A stretch of DNA of 64,000 nucleotides from Natronomonas sp. (GTDB taxonomy: Archaea; Halobacteriota; Halobacteria; Halobacteriales; Natrialbaceae), in NCBI GenBank assembly GCA_047617305.1, contig JBLGCL010000001.1:5936-69935 (forward strand), written 5' to 3'. The notes below the pieces were generated by a model. That model did no database searches, was not told where the DNA came from, and worked only from the letters and a program-made list of their open reading frames with translations. The position numbers and the translations under genes were made by a program. Below, in pieces: positions 8,556-16,993 of the stretch (the stretch's first letter is position 1; the number at the start of each line of letters is the position of its first letter).

Positions 8556-9371
8556 ATGGCATCCGTATCGTTGCGAAACGTTACGAAGATCTATGGGGAG
8601 GACACCGTCGCTCTCGACGACGTCTCCTTCGACGTGGATCAGGGAGAGTTCGTCGTCATCCTCGGGCCGTCGGGTGCCGGGAAGTCCACGCTTCTTCGCA
8701 TCCTGAACGGGCTGACGCGCCCGACGGAAGGGAGGATAAAGATCGGCGACGAGCAGGTCGGTGGCAAACGCGACGAAGTCGCGATGGTGTTCCAGTTGCA
8801 CTACCTCGTCGAGACCATGAGCGCGTACCGGAACGCGCTGACGGGAGCGCTGGGCCGAACGGGGTGGGTCCGGAGCGTCCTCACCTGGTACGACGAAAGC
8901 GACAAACGTGGGGCGCTCGAGGCCCTCGATACCGTGGGCCTGCTGGACGAAGCAGGTCAGCGAGCGGGATCGATGAGCGGCGGGCAGAAACAGCGCGTCG
9001 GCATCGCCCGGGCGCTCGTCCAGGAGCCGGAACTGTTACTGGCCGACGAGCCGGTTTCCAGTCTCGACCCGAAGGCCGCACGCGACGTCATGGGGTACAT
9101 GAAAGAGGCCGCCGACGAACGGAACCTGACGACGGTCGCGAGCCTGCACCAGGTCAACATCGCCCGGGAGTTCGGAGACCGATTCATCGGCATCCGCGAA
9201 GGCTCGGTCGTCTTCGACGGCGGCCCCGACGAACTGACGATGGACGTGATGGACGACCTCTATTACGGCGGCGATGCCGGCGAAGGCCAACCGCGGGAGT
9301 CGATCTCCGGACGCCCGGAGGGCGACCGTGAATCGGCTCCGGAGACGTCCGACACGGAGGTCCAGGCATGA
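8556..9371 (+). CDS. phnC: phosphonate ABC transporter ATP-binding protein
   Basis: ORF 8556..9371. Walker A GPSGAGKST, signature MSGGQKQRVGIARAL, Walker B LLLADEPVSSLD. Its position between phnD and phnE supports the call. Confidence 0.92.
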   Translation: MASVSLRNVTKIYGEDTVALDDVSFDVDQGEFVVILGPSGAGKSTLLRILNGLTRPTEGRIKIGDEQVGGKRDEVAMVFQLHYLVETMSAYRNALTGALGRTGWVRSVLTWYDESDKRGALEALDTVGLLDEAGQRAGSMSGGQKQRVGIARALVQEPELLLADEPVSSLDPKAARDVMGYMKEAADERNLTTVASLHQVNIAREFGDRFIGIREGSVVFDGGPDELTMDVMDDLYYGGDAGEGQPRESISGRPEGDRESAPETSDTEVQA

Positions 9372-10501
9372 GCCAGGTCGAGGGAAAGCTCAGTGAACTC
9401 AGCCGACGACGACGGATCCACCAGGGTCTCAAACTGCTCCTCGGGATCGTCGTGGTACTGGTCTTCTGGCTCGGGTTCTTCGAGTACCTCCACTTCGACT
9501 TCGACGCGATGACCAAACAGCTCCCGACCTGGTTGGAATTCCTGCAGGCGTTCACGAATCCCAACTTTGTCGACTTCTCGACGTGGTCGATCGAGAACGG
9601 GGTGACCGGCTGGAGCGGCCTGGTCGGAACGATCGGCTACGCCATCACCCATCCCGAGGCCGGATACGACATGCTATCCGCGACCCTCGGCGGCCAGCGA
9701 CAGTCGACGTTGCTGGGGCTGGCCGGGACCACGGTCATCATCGGGCTCTGTGGCACCATCCTCGGGTTCCCGTTCGCGCTCATCTTCGGCATCCTCGGGA
9801 GCGAGCGCGTCGTCCCCTTCCCGTTCAACTTCATCTTCCGTGGCACCATGAGCCTCATCCGGTCGGTCCCGGCGCTCGTCTGGATCTTCATCTACGTGCC
9901 GCTGGTCGGCATCAACCCGGTGGGGGCCGTGCTGGCCATCGGGACCGACACGATCGGTATCCTCGGACGACTGTTCACCGACGAACTCGAGGAGATCGAC
10001 GACGGCCCGATCGAGGCCATCAGATCGACCGGCGGGAACCGGACGCAGATCGTCAGCTTCGGCATGCTGAGCCAGGTGTCGACCGCCTTCATCGCCTGGA
10101 CGCTGTACTCGCTGGAGATCAACGTCCGCGTGGCAGTGAGCCTGGGTATCGTCGGCGCCGGTGGACTCGGTCGCTACATCGCCATCAAACGCTCGCTGTT
10201 CGACTTCGGCGTCATGGCGGCGGGCATCATGATGATCGTCATCGTCGTGCTGACCGTCGAACTCACGTCGACGCGGATCCGGGCGTGGCTCCGTCCCGGC
10301 CAGCACGAATCGCCCGGCTTACTCGACCTCCTGCGCGGGCTTGGCGACCCCGGCAAGTGGCTTGGCATGCGCCCGACGCCCGACGTTGGGTCCGCCGACG
10401 GCGACGGTGACGAGAAGACGGCCATCGATTCCGACGACTCCGGCGAGGAGGGCCTCGTCGATACCGAAACCGACGAGACGGACGACGAATCGCGGTCCTG
10501 A
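9368..10501 (+). CDS. phnE: phosphonate ABC transporter permease
   Basis: ORF 9368..10501 overlaps the phnC stop by 4 nt. It is polytopic, with a PhnE-like core (RSVPALVWIFIYV, IEAIRSTGGNRTQI) and an acidic C-terminal tail. Confidence 0.9.
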   Translation: MSQVEGKLSELSRRRRIHQGLKLLLGIVVVLVFWLGFFEYLHFDFDAMTKQLPTWLEFLQAFTNPNFVDFSTWSIENGVTGWSGLVGTIGYAITHPEAGYDMLSATLGGQRQSTLLGLAGTTVIIGLCGTILGFPFALIFGILGSERVVPFPFNFIFRGTMSLIRSVPALVWIFIYVPLVGINPVGAVLAIGTDTIGILGRLFTDELEEIDDGPIEAIRSTGGNRTQIVSFGMLSQVSTAFIAWTLYSLEINVRVAVSLGIVGAGGLGRYIAIKRSLFDFGVMAAGIMMIVIVVLTVELTSTRIRAWLRPGQHESPGLLDLLRGLGDPGKWLGMRPTPDVGSADGDGDEKTAIDSDDSGEEGLVDTETDETDDESRS

Positions 10502-11095
10502 TCAGAAGTCGCCGAGTCGCGCCTGTCCCCCGCCGTCGGTCGCGCCGACGATCTCCGCCGCCGTCTCGATGGTTTCGGCGAACGGTTCCTCCTGACTCCG
10601 GTCGTACAGCGTGGCGGCCGGGTGGACGCAGATCAGCACCCGGCGCGGCGTGCCGGCGATCCGGACCTCCTCGACCGCGCCAACCTCCTTCGTGACGGCG
10701 ACCGACCGGCCGAGGAGGTGTTCGGCGGGCACCTTCCCGAGCGTCACGATCACCTCGGGGTCGATCAGGTCGATCTCGCGGTCCAGGTACTCCCGGCAGT
10801 TCTCGAGTTCCTGGTTCGTCGGATCGCGGTTGTCCGGCGGCCGACAGCGCACGCAGTTGGTGATCCGAACCGTCTCCCGGTCCAGGCCGGCGGCCCGCAA
10901 CTGTTCGTCGAGGACGTTCCCGCTGCGGCCGACGAAGGGTTCGCCCTCGGCGTCCTCCTGCTTCCCGGGCGCCTCGCCGACGAACAGGACGTCGGCGTCG
11001 GCCGGACCGACGCCGTCGACGATCCGACTCCGGGACTCGCAGAGTTCGGCGCAGCGCTCGCACTCGACGACGGAGAGGCCCTCCATGCGTCCCAT
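10502..11095 (-). CDS. udg: uracil-DNA glycosylase, family 4
   Basis: ORF 10502..11095. GEAPGKQEDAEGEPFVGRSGNVL matches the family-4 motif A. Cys residues are consistent with a 4Fe-4S cluster (CERC..C, C.RC). A HPAA-type motif is present near the C-terminus. Confidence 0.88.
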   Translation of the reverse strand: MGRMEGLSVVECERCAELCESRSRIVDGVGPADADVLFVGEAPGKQEDAEGEPFVGRSGNVLDEQLRAAGLDRETVRITNCVRCRPPDNRDPTNQELENCREYLDREIDLIDPEVIVTLGKVPAEHLLGRSVAVTKEVGAVEEVRIAGTPRRVLICVHPAATLYDRSQEEPFAETIETAAEIVGATDGGGQARLGDF

Positions 11096-11119
11096 GGCGG
11101 AACGCAGGCCTGGGAACCA

Positions 11120-11680
11120 CTATGCTCTTCGGATTTCGTCGGCCGCCCGGGCGGCGAGGCGGGCGACGCGGACCGGTTCCGGCCGTCCCCCCTCGGGAGT
11201 GACCGCCCGGACGACGTCCCGGGCGGTCGCGTCGTCCGCGCCGACCGCACGGAGGAAGATCGGTTCCCCGTTGACGGTGAGGCGCTGGCGCGCGGGCTGT
11301 CGGCGATAGGTCTCGAGGCGTCGGTCGAGCGCGTTGCCGGAGAAGGCCTCCCGGAGTGCCGGTTCGAGCCCCTCGCTCTCCTCGAACGTGACGGACAGCA
11401 CCGGTCGATCGACGGCGGCGTGAATGCGCCGCAAGTCGATCACGTTGTACCAGGCCGGCGCGATGCCGGCCACGAGAAGGTAGCTGACGTCCTCGCGATC
11501 GAGTGCCCGATACAGGTCGACGATGCTGGCGGTCGCGTCGGTCCCGCCGACCGTGCACGGACGGAACGCGAAGCCGTCCACGACCCGGTTCGCCCGAACG
11601 ACGGCGCCGGCCAGCGTGCTCTTCTCCGCGTCGGTCCCGAACGATTCGGCGACCCCGAGCACGCGAGCCCCGGATTTCAT
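11120..11680 (-). CDS. DUF99/UPF0215 family protein (annotated in some genomes as endonuclease dU)
   Basis: ORF 11120..11680 (186 aa). MKSGARVLGVAESF...AGAVVRANRVVDGF...LLVAGIAPAWYNVIDL resembles the archaeal DUF99 family. It lies 24 nt upstream of udg on the same strand. Confidence 0.75.
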   Translation of the reverse strand: MKSGARVLGVAESFGTDAEKSTLAGAVVRANRVVDGFAFRPCTVGGTDATASIVDLYRALDREDVSYLLVAGIAPAWYNVIDLRRIHAAVDRPVLSVTFEESEGLEPALREAFSGNALDRRLETYRRQPARQRLTVNGEPIFLRAVGADDATARDVVRAVTPEGGRPEPVRVARLAARAADEIRRA

Positions 11681-11686
11681 CGAAGC

Positions 11687-11866
11687 CTACGTCTCGTCTT
11701 TGATGTCTTTCAGACGGTCAAGCAGTTCGTCGTTCGAGGCGCCGATCTCGTACTCTACGTCGCCGTCGTGATCGGCCTCGCCCGTCTGGACGCCGTTCTC
11801 GTCGTCGATGTCGGCGTCGATGTCCTGTCTATCTTGTTCCGATTCGTCGTAGCTCCCGAACCCCAT
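11687..11866 (-). CDS. small, highly acidic hypothetical protein (59 aa)
   Basis: This is the C-terminal part of track ORF 11687..12553. ATG (cat at 11864-11866) gives MGFGSYDESEQDRQDIDADIDDENGVQTGEADHDGDVEYEIGASNDELLDRLKDIKDET. A T-rich TATA-like tract (ttttttat on the minus strand) lies about 30 nt upstream. Confidence 0.6.
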   Translation of the reverse strand: MGFGSYDESEQDRQDIDADIDDENGVQTGEADHDGDVEYEIGASNDELLDRLKDIKDET

Positions 11867-12031
11867 GGTGTAGTAAACCCTACGGGATAGAACGATAAAA
11901 AATGCGGGGCCCGGCGGCAATATATGTACAGAGATCGATCGATACCACGGGCGATGGGGAAACCTGGGTCCCGATGGAACGGTTCGTCCGGCTTCACCAG
12001 GGTTTTCTCCCCGTAGCCGAAACGGCCGCGT

Positions 12032-12643
12032 ATGGACGTCGTTTCCGTCACCGAGGATGCCGATACGTTCACGTGTAACGCGTATCTCGTTCTCGGGGAC
12101 CAGGTGACGCTCGTGGACGCCGGTGCGATGGAGGGCGTCGTCGACCCGATCCGCGAGTACACCGACCACCTCGACGCGGTCGTCATCACGCACCAGCACG
12201 CCGACCACGTCGCCGAACTCGAGGCCGTCGTCGAGGCGTTCGATCCGCCCGTATACGGGTACGCCGAGCACCCGCACCGCACCCACGAGATCGACGACGG
12301 CGACGAGTTTCGGATCGGCGACGAGGGGTTCGAGGTCGTGTACACGCCCGGTCACGCGCCGGATCACGTCGCCCTCGTGAGCGACACCACCCTCTTCAGC
12401 GGCGACGTCGTGGTCTACAACGACGCCGCCTTCGACGACGGGAGTTTCGGCCGAACCGACCGGACCGGCCAGTCGCGGGAGCGCCTGATCCAGAGCCTCG
12501 AAACCCTCCTCGACCGACTGCCGCCGACGGTCGAGCGCCTCTACGCCGGTCACGGCGACGTCTTCGAGGGTGACGTGGCCGCGGTGATCGAGCGCGCACT
12601 GGACCGAGCACAGCGTCGGGAACCGAAATACCCGGACGAGTGA
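12032..12643 (+). CDS. MBL-fold metallo-hydrolase
   Basis: ORF 12032..12643. ITHQHADHV (HxHxDH), TPGHAPDH and a C-terminal GHGD. Confidence 0.88.
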   Translation: MDVVSVTEDADTFTCNAYLVLGDQVTLVDAGAMEGVVDPIREYTDHLDAVVITHQHADHVAELEAVVEAFDPPVYGYAEHPHRTHEIDDGDEFRIGDEGFEVVYTPGHAPDHVALVSDTTLFSGDVVVYNDAAFDDGSFGRTDRTGQSRERLIQSLETLLDRLPPTVERLYAGHGDVFEGDVAAVIERALDRAQRREPKYPDE

Positions 12644-12674
12644 CGACCGATTCCGTCTGCGTCGCTGCGGAAAA

Positions 12675-12824
12675 TCAGGCGCTGCGGGATTCCTTGGCCT
12701 TCGGGCGGAGTTTCGAGTAACCGCACTTTCGACACCGGTCGGCCCGCTGGGAGTTCCGAGCGTTACACCGCATGCAGATCATCTTCTCGAGCGTTCGCTC
12801 TTCCGCAGCCTCGAACTTAGCCAT
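12675..12824 (-). CDS. rpl40e: 50S ribosomal protein L40e
   Basis: Too short for the ORF track. Manual reverse-strand translation gives [49 protein letters not shown] (49 aa plus stop). The CxxC...CxxC zinc ribbon is typical of L40e. Confidence 0.85.
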   Translation of the reverse strand: MAKFEAAEERTLEKMICMRCNARNSQRADRCRKCGYSKLRPKAKESRSA

Positions 12825-12886
12825 ACGCGCCCGTAACCCGCCGCCGCTCATAAGGGTTTCCGAGTCATGTCGTCGAGTCCGGCCCC

Positions 12887-13390
12887 CTACTCCCCCTCGT
12901 CGACCAAGTACTCGTCCTGGACGGCGACCACCTCGCTCGAGTCCTCACAGGCCGCGTAGCGTTCGAGGGGTTCGGCGTTGAGTTCGAGAAAGGTCTCGCC
13001 CCAGGTGAACTTCGAGAGGATTCGGTCCGCGTGCGGACGGTCACCCAGGATCATCAGCCCGGCGGCCAGCGCCTCGACCGTCGTCAGCCGGAAGGGCCGG
13101 CCATAGTTGACGGGGTTGGCCGCGACGAGAAAAGGGAGGGCGCGATGCTCGCCCGGGAGGTCGAACCGGGCCTCGCCCGCCGTCTCCCAGGAGCAATCCA
13201 GCGCGACGAGGCGGTCGGCCACCTCGGCGTCCGCCGGCGAGAGCGCCCGCTCGGCGTGGGGGTTCAGGACGATCCCGTAGGGCGTCGCGCGGTGGGTCCG
13301 GTGGAGTTCGACCAGGTCGAAGCGCGCGAGCTTGCGAGCCGTGCACTTCTCGGGGTCGTCGTCGCCCTCGTAGCGGACGTGCAGGTCCAC
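12887..13390 (-). CDS. tsr3: 16S rRNA aminocarboxypropyltransferase Tsr3 (DUF367)
   Basis: ORF 12887..13390 (GTG start). [30 protein letters not shown] and [25 protein letters not shown] are Tsr3 hallmarks. Confidence 0.85.
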   Translation of the reverse strand: MDLHVRYEGDDDPEKCTARKLARFDLVELHRTHRATPYGIVLNPHAERALSPADAEVADRLVALDCSWETAGEARFDLPGEHRALPFLVAANPVNYGRPFRLTTVEALAAGLMILGDRPHADRILSKFTWGETFLELNAEPLERYAACEDSSEVVAVQDEYLVDEGE

Positions 13391-13469
13391 GGGGAGCGGT
13401 TGGGGACGGGGGTGGAAAAGCCCCCCGACGCAGGGGCGGCCCCCGGACGGACGGTCGCCTCGTGGCCGG

Positions 13470-15257
13470 TCAGGCCTCGTGAATCTTCTCGCCGCGGTGC
13501 AACCGGTCGGCGATGGTGTAGGTCTGCTCTGCCTCCCGACGAGTGGGGAAGTGCGCGGCCTGGTACCGGGCGACGGCGACCAGCGCGGTCCGTCGCTCGC
13601 GCTCGCTCCGGGCGCGTTCGTACTCCCGGAGCCCCGCCTCGTAGGCCTGGAGCGTGTGGAACCCGGCGTCCTCCCGGAGCAGCCCCTCCCCCAGCGTCTC
13701 GGCCAGGTCGGCCACGTCGCCGTCGGCTGCGAGGAACTCGCCGACCAGTTCGCCGGCGCGGTTCACCTCGCCCTCGCGGTCGAAGACGGCGAGCAGGTCG
13801 TCGAGGACGGTCTCGGGATCGCGGTCGGCAGCGACGGCGTCCGGGTCCGGGATCGGGATCGCGGGCTGGTTCAGGAAGCGGTCGAGGTAGACGTTCATCG
13901 CGGCGTCGAAGACGCCCCGGTAGAGTTCGACGGTCTCGACCCGATGGGTCGCCTCGCGGACGGCGTTGGCGTACGTGAACGTGTGGTGGACGGTGTTCCA
14001 GTCCGAGAACTCGTTGCTCGGCGAGAACTGCGCGACGCGGGTCGCGGCGGCGTCGCAGACCGCGTCCGCGAGGTCGGCCGGCGAAGCGCCCGCCGCCACG
14101 GCGTCGGTCAGCGCGTCGACGATGGCGTGCGGGTCGTCGTCGAGGAGCGTGTCGCGGAAGCCGTCGGGGCGTTCCCAGTCGCCGGAGCCCGTTAGCCCTC
14201 CGCCTTCCTCGACGAGCGCTTCTAGCCCCTCGGTCTCGTTCGGACCGCCGCCGTAGACGTCGAACAGGAGGCCTGCGACGTCCACGGGTTGACGCCATTC
14301 CGACTGCTCCTCGCTCCGGGTCGCGTCGGTGAGCGACGGGATCAGGCTCGCGAGCACGTCGTCGGCGCGCTCCCACCCGACCCGGTCGAGGGTTTCGACG
14401 GCCTTGTTGCAGAAGTCGAGCGTGTGGCCGGTGTCGAGGTAGACGTGGTCGGTCGCGGCGGCGAAGAGCATCTCCTCGACCTCCTCGCGCGAGCACGTCT
14501 CGACGGCCGTCCGGAGGACGCGCTCCGCGCCGTCGGCGTCGCGCACCTCGACGTTCTCGCGGAACCACCCCTTCAGGCGCTCGAAGGGAACCTCGTCGGC
14601 GTCGAACGCGGGCTGGTCGAACGCCGGCGGTTCGCCCGCGCAGTCGCTGGCGACGTGGCGGAGCCCGGTGTACATCGCCCGCCGGCGGTCCTCCGGCCGG
14701 AGGTCGTCGAAAACGTTCGCCATGGCGGCGAGGATGGTCAGTCCGGACGACCAGCCGTCAGCCCGGTACCGGGTGCCGAACTCGACGCCCTGGGCGAGCG
14801 GTTCGGCCTGGGGAACGCCGGCGTCGTCCAGCCCGATGACCGACTTCGCGATCACCAGGCGGAGGTTCTCCTCCATCCCCGTCTCGAGGCGGTCGGCCCA
14901 GCGCTCGGCCGGCGAGCGGTCCCGCTCCGGTTCCGGACGGACGTACACCTGGCCGTCGCGGATCTCCGTCGGATAGGCAGGGACGTCGTCGGCCCACGGG
15001 TCGAACGTGTCCCCACAGGAGAGTTCGAAGCGCGCGTGGTGCCAGTGGCAGGTGAGGACGCCGTCCTCGACGGTTCCCTTCGAGAGCGGGAATCCCATGT
15101 GTGGACACCGGAGGTCGACCGCGTGGACGTCGCCCTCGTGTCGGAACACGACGATCGAGTTGCCCCCGGCGTTGGTCACGATTCGCCCCTCGCGCTCGAG
15201 TTCGTCGACGGTCGCCACGTTCACGAGACCCCCATCTCCTCCTGTGCGTTTCGTCAT
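13470..15257 (-). CDS. Rieske [2Fe-2S] domain protein fused to a large (~480 aa) uncharacterised C-terminal domain
   Basis: Lies within ORF 13470..15401. The internal ATG (cat at 15255-15257) gives [10 protein letters not shown]... Rieske ligand motifs CPHMGFPL and CHWHHARF are present. The remainder has no domain I recognise. Confidence 0.85.
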   Translation of the reverse strand: MTKRTGGDGGLVNVATVDELEREGRIVTNAGGNSIVVFRHEGDVHAVDLRCPHMGFPLSKGTVEDGVLTCHWHHARFELSCGDTFDPWADDVPAYPTEIRDGQVYVRPEPERDRSPAERWADRLETGMEENLRLVIAKSVIGLDDAGVPQAEPLAQGVEFGTRYRADGWSSGLTILAAMANVFDDLRPEDRRRAMYTGLRHVASDCAGEPPAFDQPAFDADEVPFERLKGWFRENVEVRDADGAERVLRTAVETCSREEVEEMLFAAATDHVYLDTGHTLDFCNKAVETLDRVGWERADDVLASLIPSLTDATRSEEQSEWRQPVDVAGLLFDVYGGGPNETEGLEALVEEGGGLTGSGDWERPDGFRDTLLDDDPHAIVDALTDAVAAGASPADLADAVCDAAATRVAQFSPSNEFSDWNTVHHTFTYANAVREATHRVETVELYRGVFDAAMNVYLDRFLNQPAIPIPDPDAVAADRDPETVLDDLLAVFDREGEVNRAGELVGEFLAADGDVADLAETLGEGLLREDAGFHTLQAYEAGLREYERARSERERRTALVAVARYQAAHFPTRREAEQTYTIADRLHRGEKIHEA

Positions 15258-15457
15258 GACATGGTCAATAGCGCCCGTCGAACATAACGCTTCCCGGAAA
15301 GCGATTATTGTAACCGGACAAAGAGGAGCGTCCGGGCGTTGCCAATCGGAACCTCCCGCCAGTTGCGGGGCGTTCTCGGGACGACGAAACAATGAAGACA
15401 CCCGTCCGATAACGGTGGCGGCTGGTCAACCACGCCGCCAGGAGCGGCGGTGGCTGG

Positions 15458-15697
15458 GTGCGGTCCCTCCCGTTCACCGCCAGACCGGCGGTCACCGACG
15501 GCGCGGTGTATCTCCGGGCCAGTGCGTACGATCCCGACGACGGAACGCACCTGTGGGGCGACCTCGCCGAGGCGAGTGCCATGGGCCCGGACCGCGCCAC
15601 GGACGTGTATGCGAGGCGACCCGTCGCCAAGCCTGCGACGACCGGAGACGCCCTCTACCTCAGTCATCAGGCGAAGGGGGTGTTGAAGTTCGCGTGA
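15458..15697 (+). CDS. short ORF resembling 1-2 PQQ-like beta-propeller blades (gene fragment or coupled small ORF)
   Basis: ORF 15458..15697 (GTG start). ARPAVTDGAVYLRASAYDPDDGTHLW and PATTGDALYL look like PQQ/BamB-type blade motifs. Its TGA overlaps the GTG of the next gene (GTGA at 15694-15697). Confidence 0.3.
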   Translation: MRSLPFTARPAVTDGAVYLRASAYDPDDGTHLWGDLAEASAMGPDRATDVYARRPVAKPATTGDALYLSHQAKGVLKFA

Positions 15698-16941
15698 ACC
15701 GGCGTCGCTTCCTCGAAGCGGTCGGGACGGTCGGGGTTGGTACGGCGCTGGCTGGGTGTAACGGCCTGGTCGACGACGGAACGAACGGAACGGCGGGGGG
15801 CCGGGCGGAGGCCTGCGGCGAATACGCGCCGACGGTTCTGGGGACCGCCGGATGGCGAACCGCTTCCGGCGATCCGGCCGGAACCGGCGTCGTTCCGGCG
15901 GACAGTCCTCCCGACCCACCGCTGACGGACGACTGGACGTTCCCGATCGACGGGGTGTCGGGGACGACGCGCCCGGTCGTGACGTCGACGCGAGTCTTCA
16001 CCCACGAGATGGACGCGACGTTCTACGCCGTGGATTCCGGAACTGGAGACCGCGTCTGGAGCCGGACGATCGACGAGCCCCGGGGATCGCCTGCCGCCAC
16101 CGAGGACACGGTCGTTCTGATACGCGACGGGAGGGTGATCGCGCTGGACGCCAGGGAGGGCCGCACCTCGTGGACCGGTCCCGAAGGATACACGGGGCTT
16201 TTCTGGGGCAGTCCGGTGATTCACGACGGCGTCGCCTACGTCCCCTTCGACCTGTCGCTGTACGCGCTCGATCTCGACGACGGGAGCGTCCGATGGAAAC
16301 ACACGAGTGGGCACGAGACGGTCGGAACCCCGGCGCTCGTCGGTGACACCGTGTTCTACGGCGACACCGACACGTACCTCTACGCCCTCGACGCCGAGAC
16401 CGGCGAGGAACGGTGGCGCTTCAAGACCGCCGGGTCGATCAAATCCAACGTCTCCGTCGCCGCCGACGCCGTCTTTTTCGCCTCGGAAGCGGGGACAGCG
16501 TACGGCGTCGAGCGAAAAACCGGCTCCCTCCGGTGGGAGCAGTCGGTCGGCGGCGAAACCAGGACCGTGGCCTCGGACGGGGCCCACGCGTACGTCGGCA
16601 CGGAAGATCGGTTGTATGCGTTTCGGTCCTCGACCGGCACCGAGTGCTGGTCGACCGGGGGGTATGCGGGTGCCTACGATAGCGGCCTGGCCGCCGGCGA
16701 CGGACGAGTCTACGTCCCGAAGAAGAGCGGTCGGGGGTCCTGGGCGGGACTCATGCTCCTGGACGCGGCAACCGGCGAGCGCCGGTGGGCGACCGATTAC
16801 CGGGAGTACGAACGGGGGACGGATCTGGGGATGGGCCCCGTCGTCGTGGACGGTGCGGTGTATGCGACCGGCGGCGGGGCGAAGAGTCTCGCGCTCGTCC
16901 GGCTCAGTTACCGCTCCTCCCGTCCCGGTCTGTGGAGCTGA
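15694..16941 (+). CDS. secreted PQQ-like (BamB-type) beta-propeller repeat lipoprotein
   Basis: Lies within ORF 15007..16941. The GTG at 15694 gives VNRRRFLEAVGTVGVGTALAGC, a Tat signal plus lipobox. Multiple blades of the type GDTVFYGDTDTYLYALDAETGEERWRF follow. Confidence 0.85.
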   Translation: MNRRRFLEAVGTVGVGTALAGCNGLVDDGTNGTAGGRAEACGEYAPTVLGTAGWRTASGDPAGTGVVPADSPPDPPLTDDWTFPIDGVSGTTRPVVTSTRVFTHEMDATFYAVDSGTGDRVWSRTIDEPRGSPAATEDTVVLIRDGRVIALDAREGRTSWTGPEGYTGLFWGSPVIHDGVAYVPFDLSLYALDLDDGSVRWKHTSGHETVGTPALVGDTVFYGDTDTYLYALDAETGEERWRFKTAGSIKSNVSVAADAVFFASEAGTAYGVERKTGSLRWEQSVGGETRTVASDGAHAYVGTEDRLYAFRSSTGTECWSTGGYAGAYDSGLAAGDGRVYVPKKSGRGSWAGLMLLDAATGERRWATDYREYERGTDLGMGPVVVDGAVYATGGGAKSLALVRLSYRSSRPGLWS

Positions 16942-16993
16942 GATCCCGTCAGGCATCCTTTTGCGCCCCGAGTCCTTATCCACGGCCAGGACC

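Noticed and set aside
13391-13430. A G-rich tract (GGGGAGCGGTTGGGGACGGGGGTGG) as a G-quadruplex regulatory element.
   Set aside because: Only three clean G-runs lie within short loops, and the fourth needs a loop of about 20 nt. The GGGGG-N8-CCCCC hairpin at 13408-13425 in the Rieske / tsr3 spacer is a simpler reading. I have no evidence of function.
13264-14568. Long ORFs rich in Arg, Pro and Gly, such as 13264..14568(-), 10263..11558(-), 55222..57000(+), 60945..62576(-), 48325..49836(-), 41898..43610(+) and 28915..30285(-).
   Set aside because: They lie out of frame with or antisense to genes that have clear family motifs. Their composition is not protein-like for an acidic halophile proteome. 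Stop-free alternative frames are expected at this GC content.
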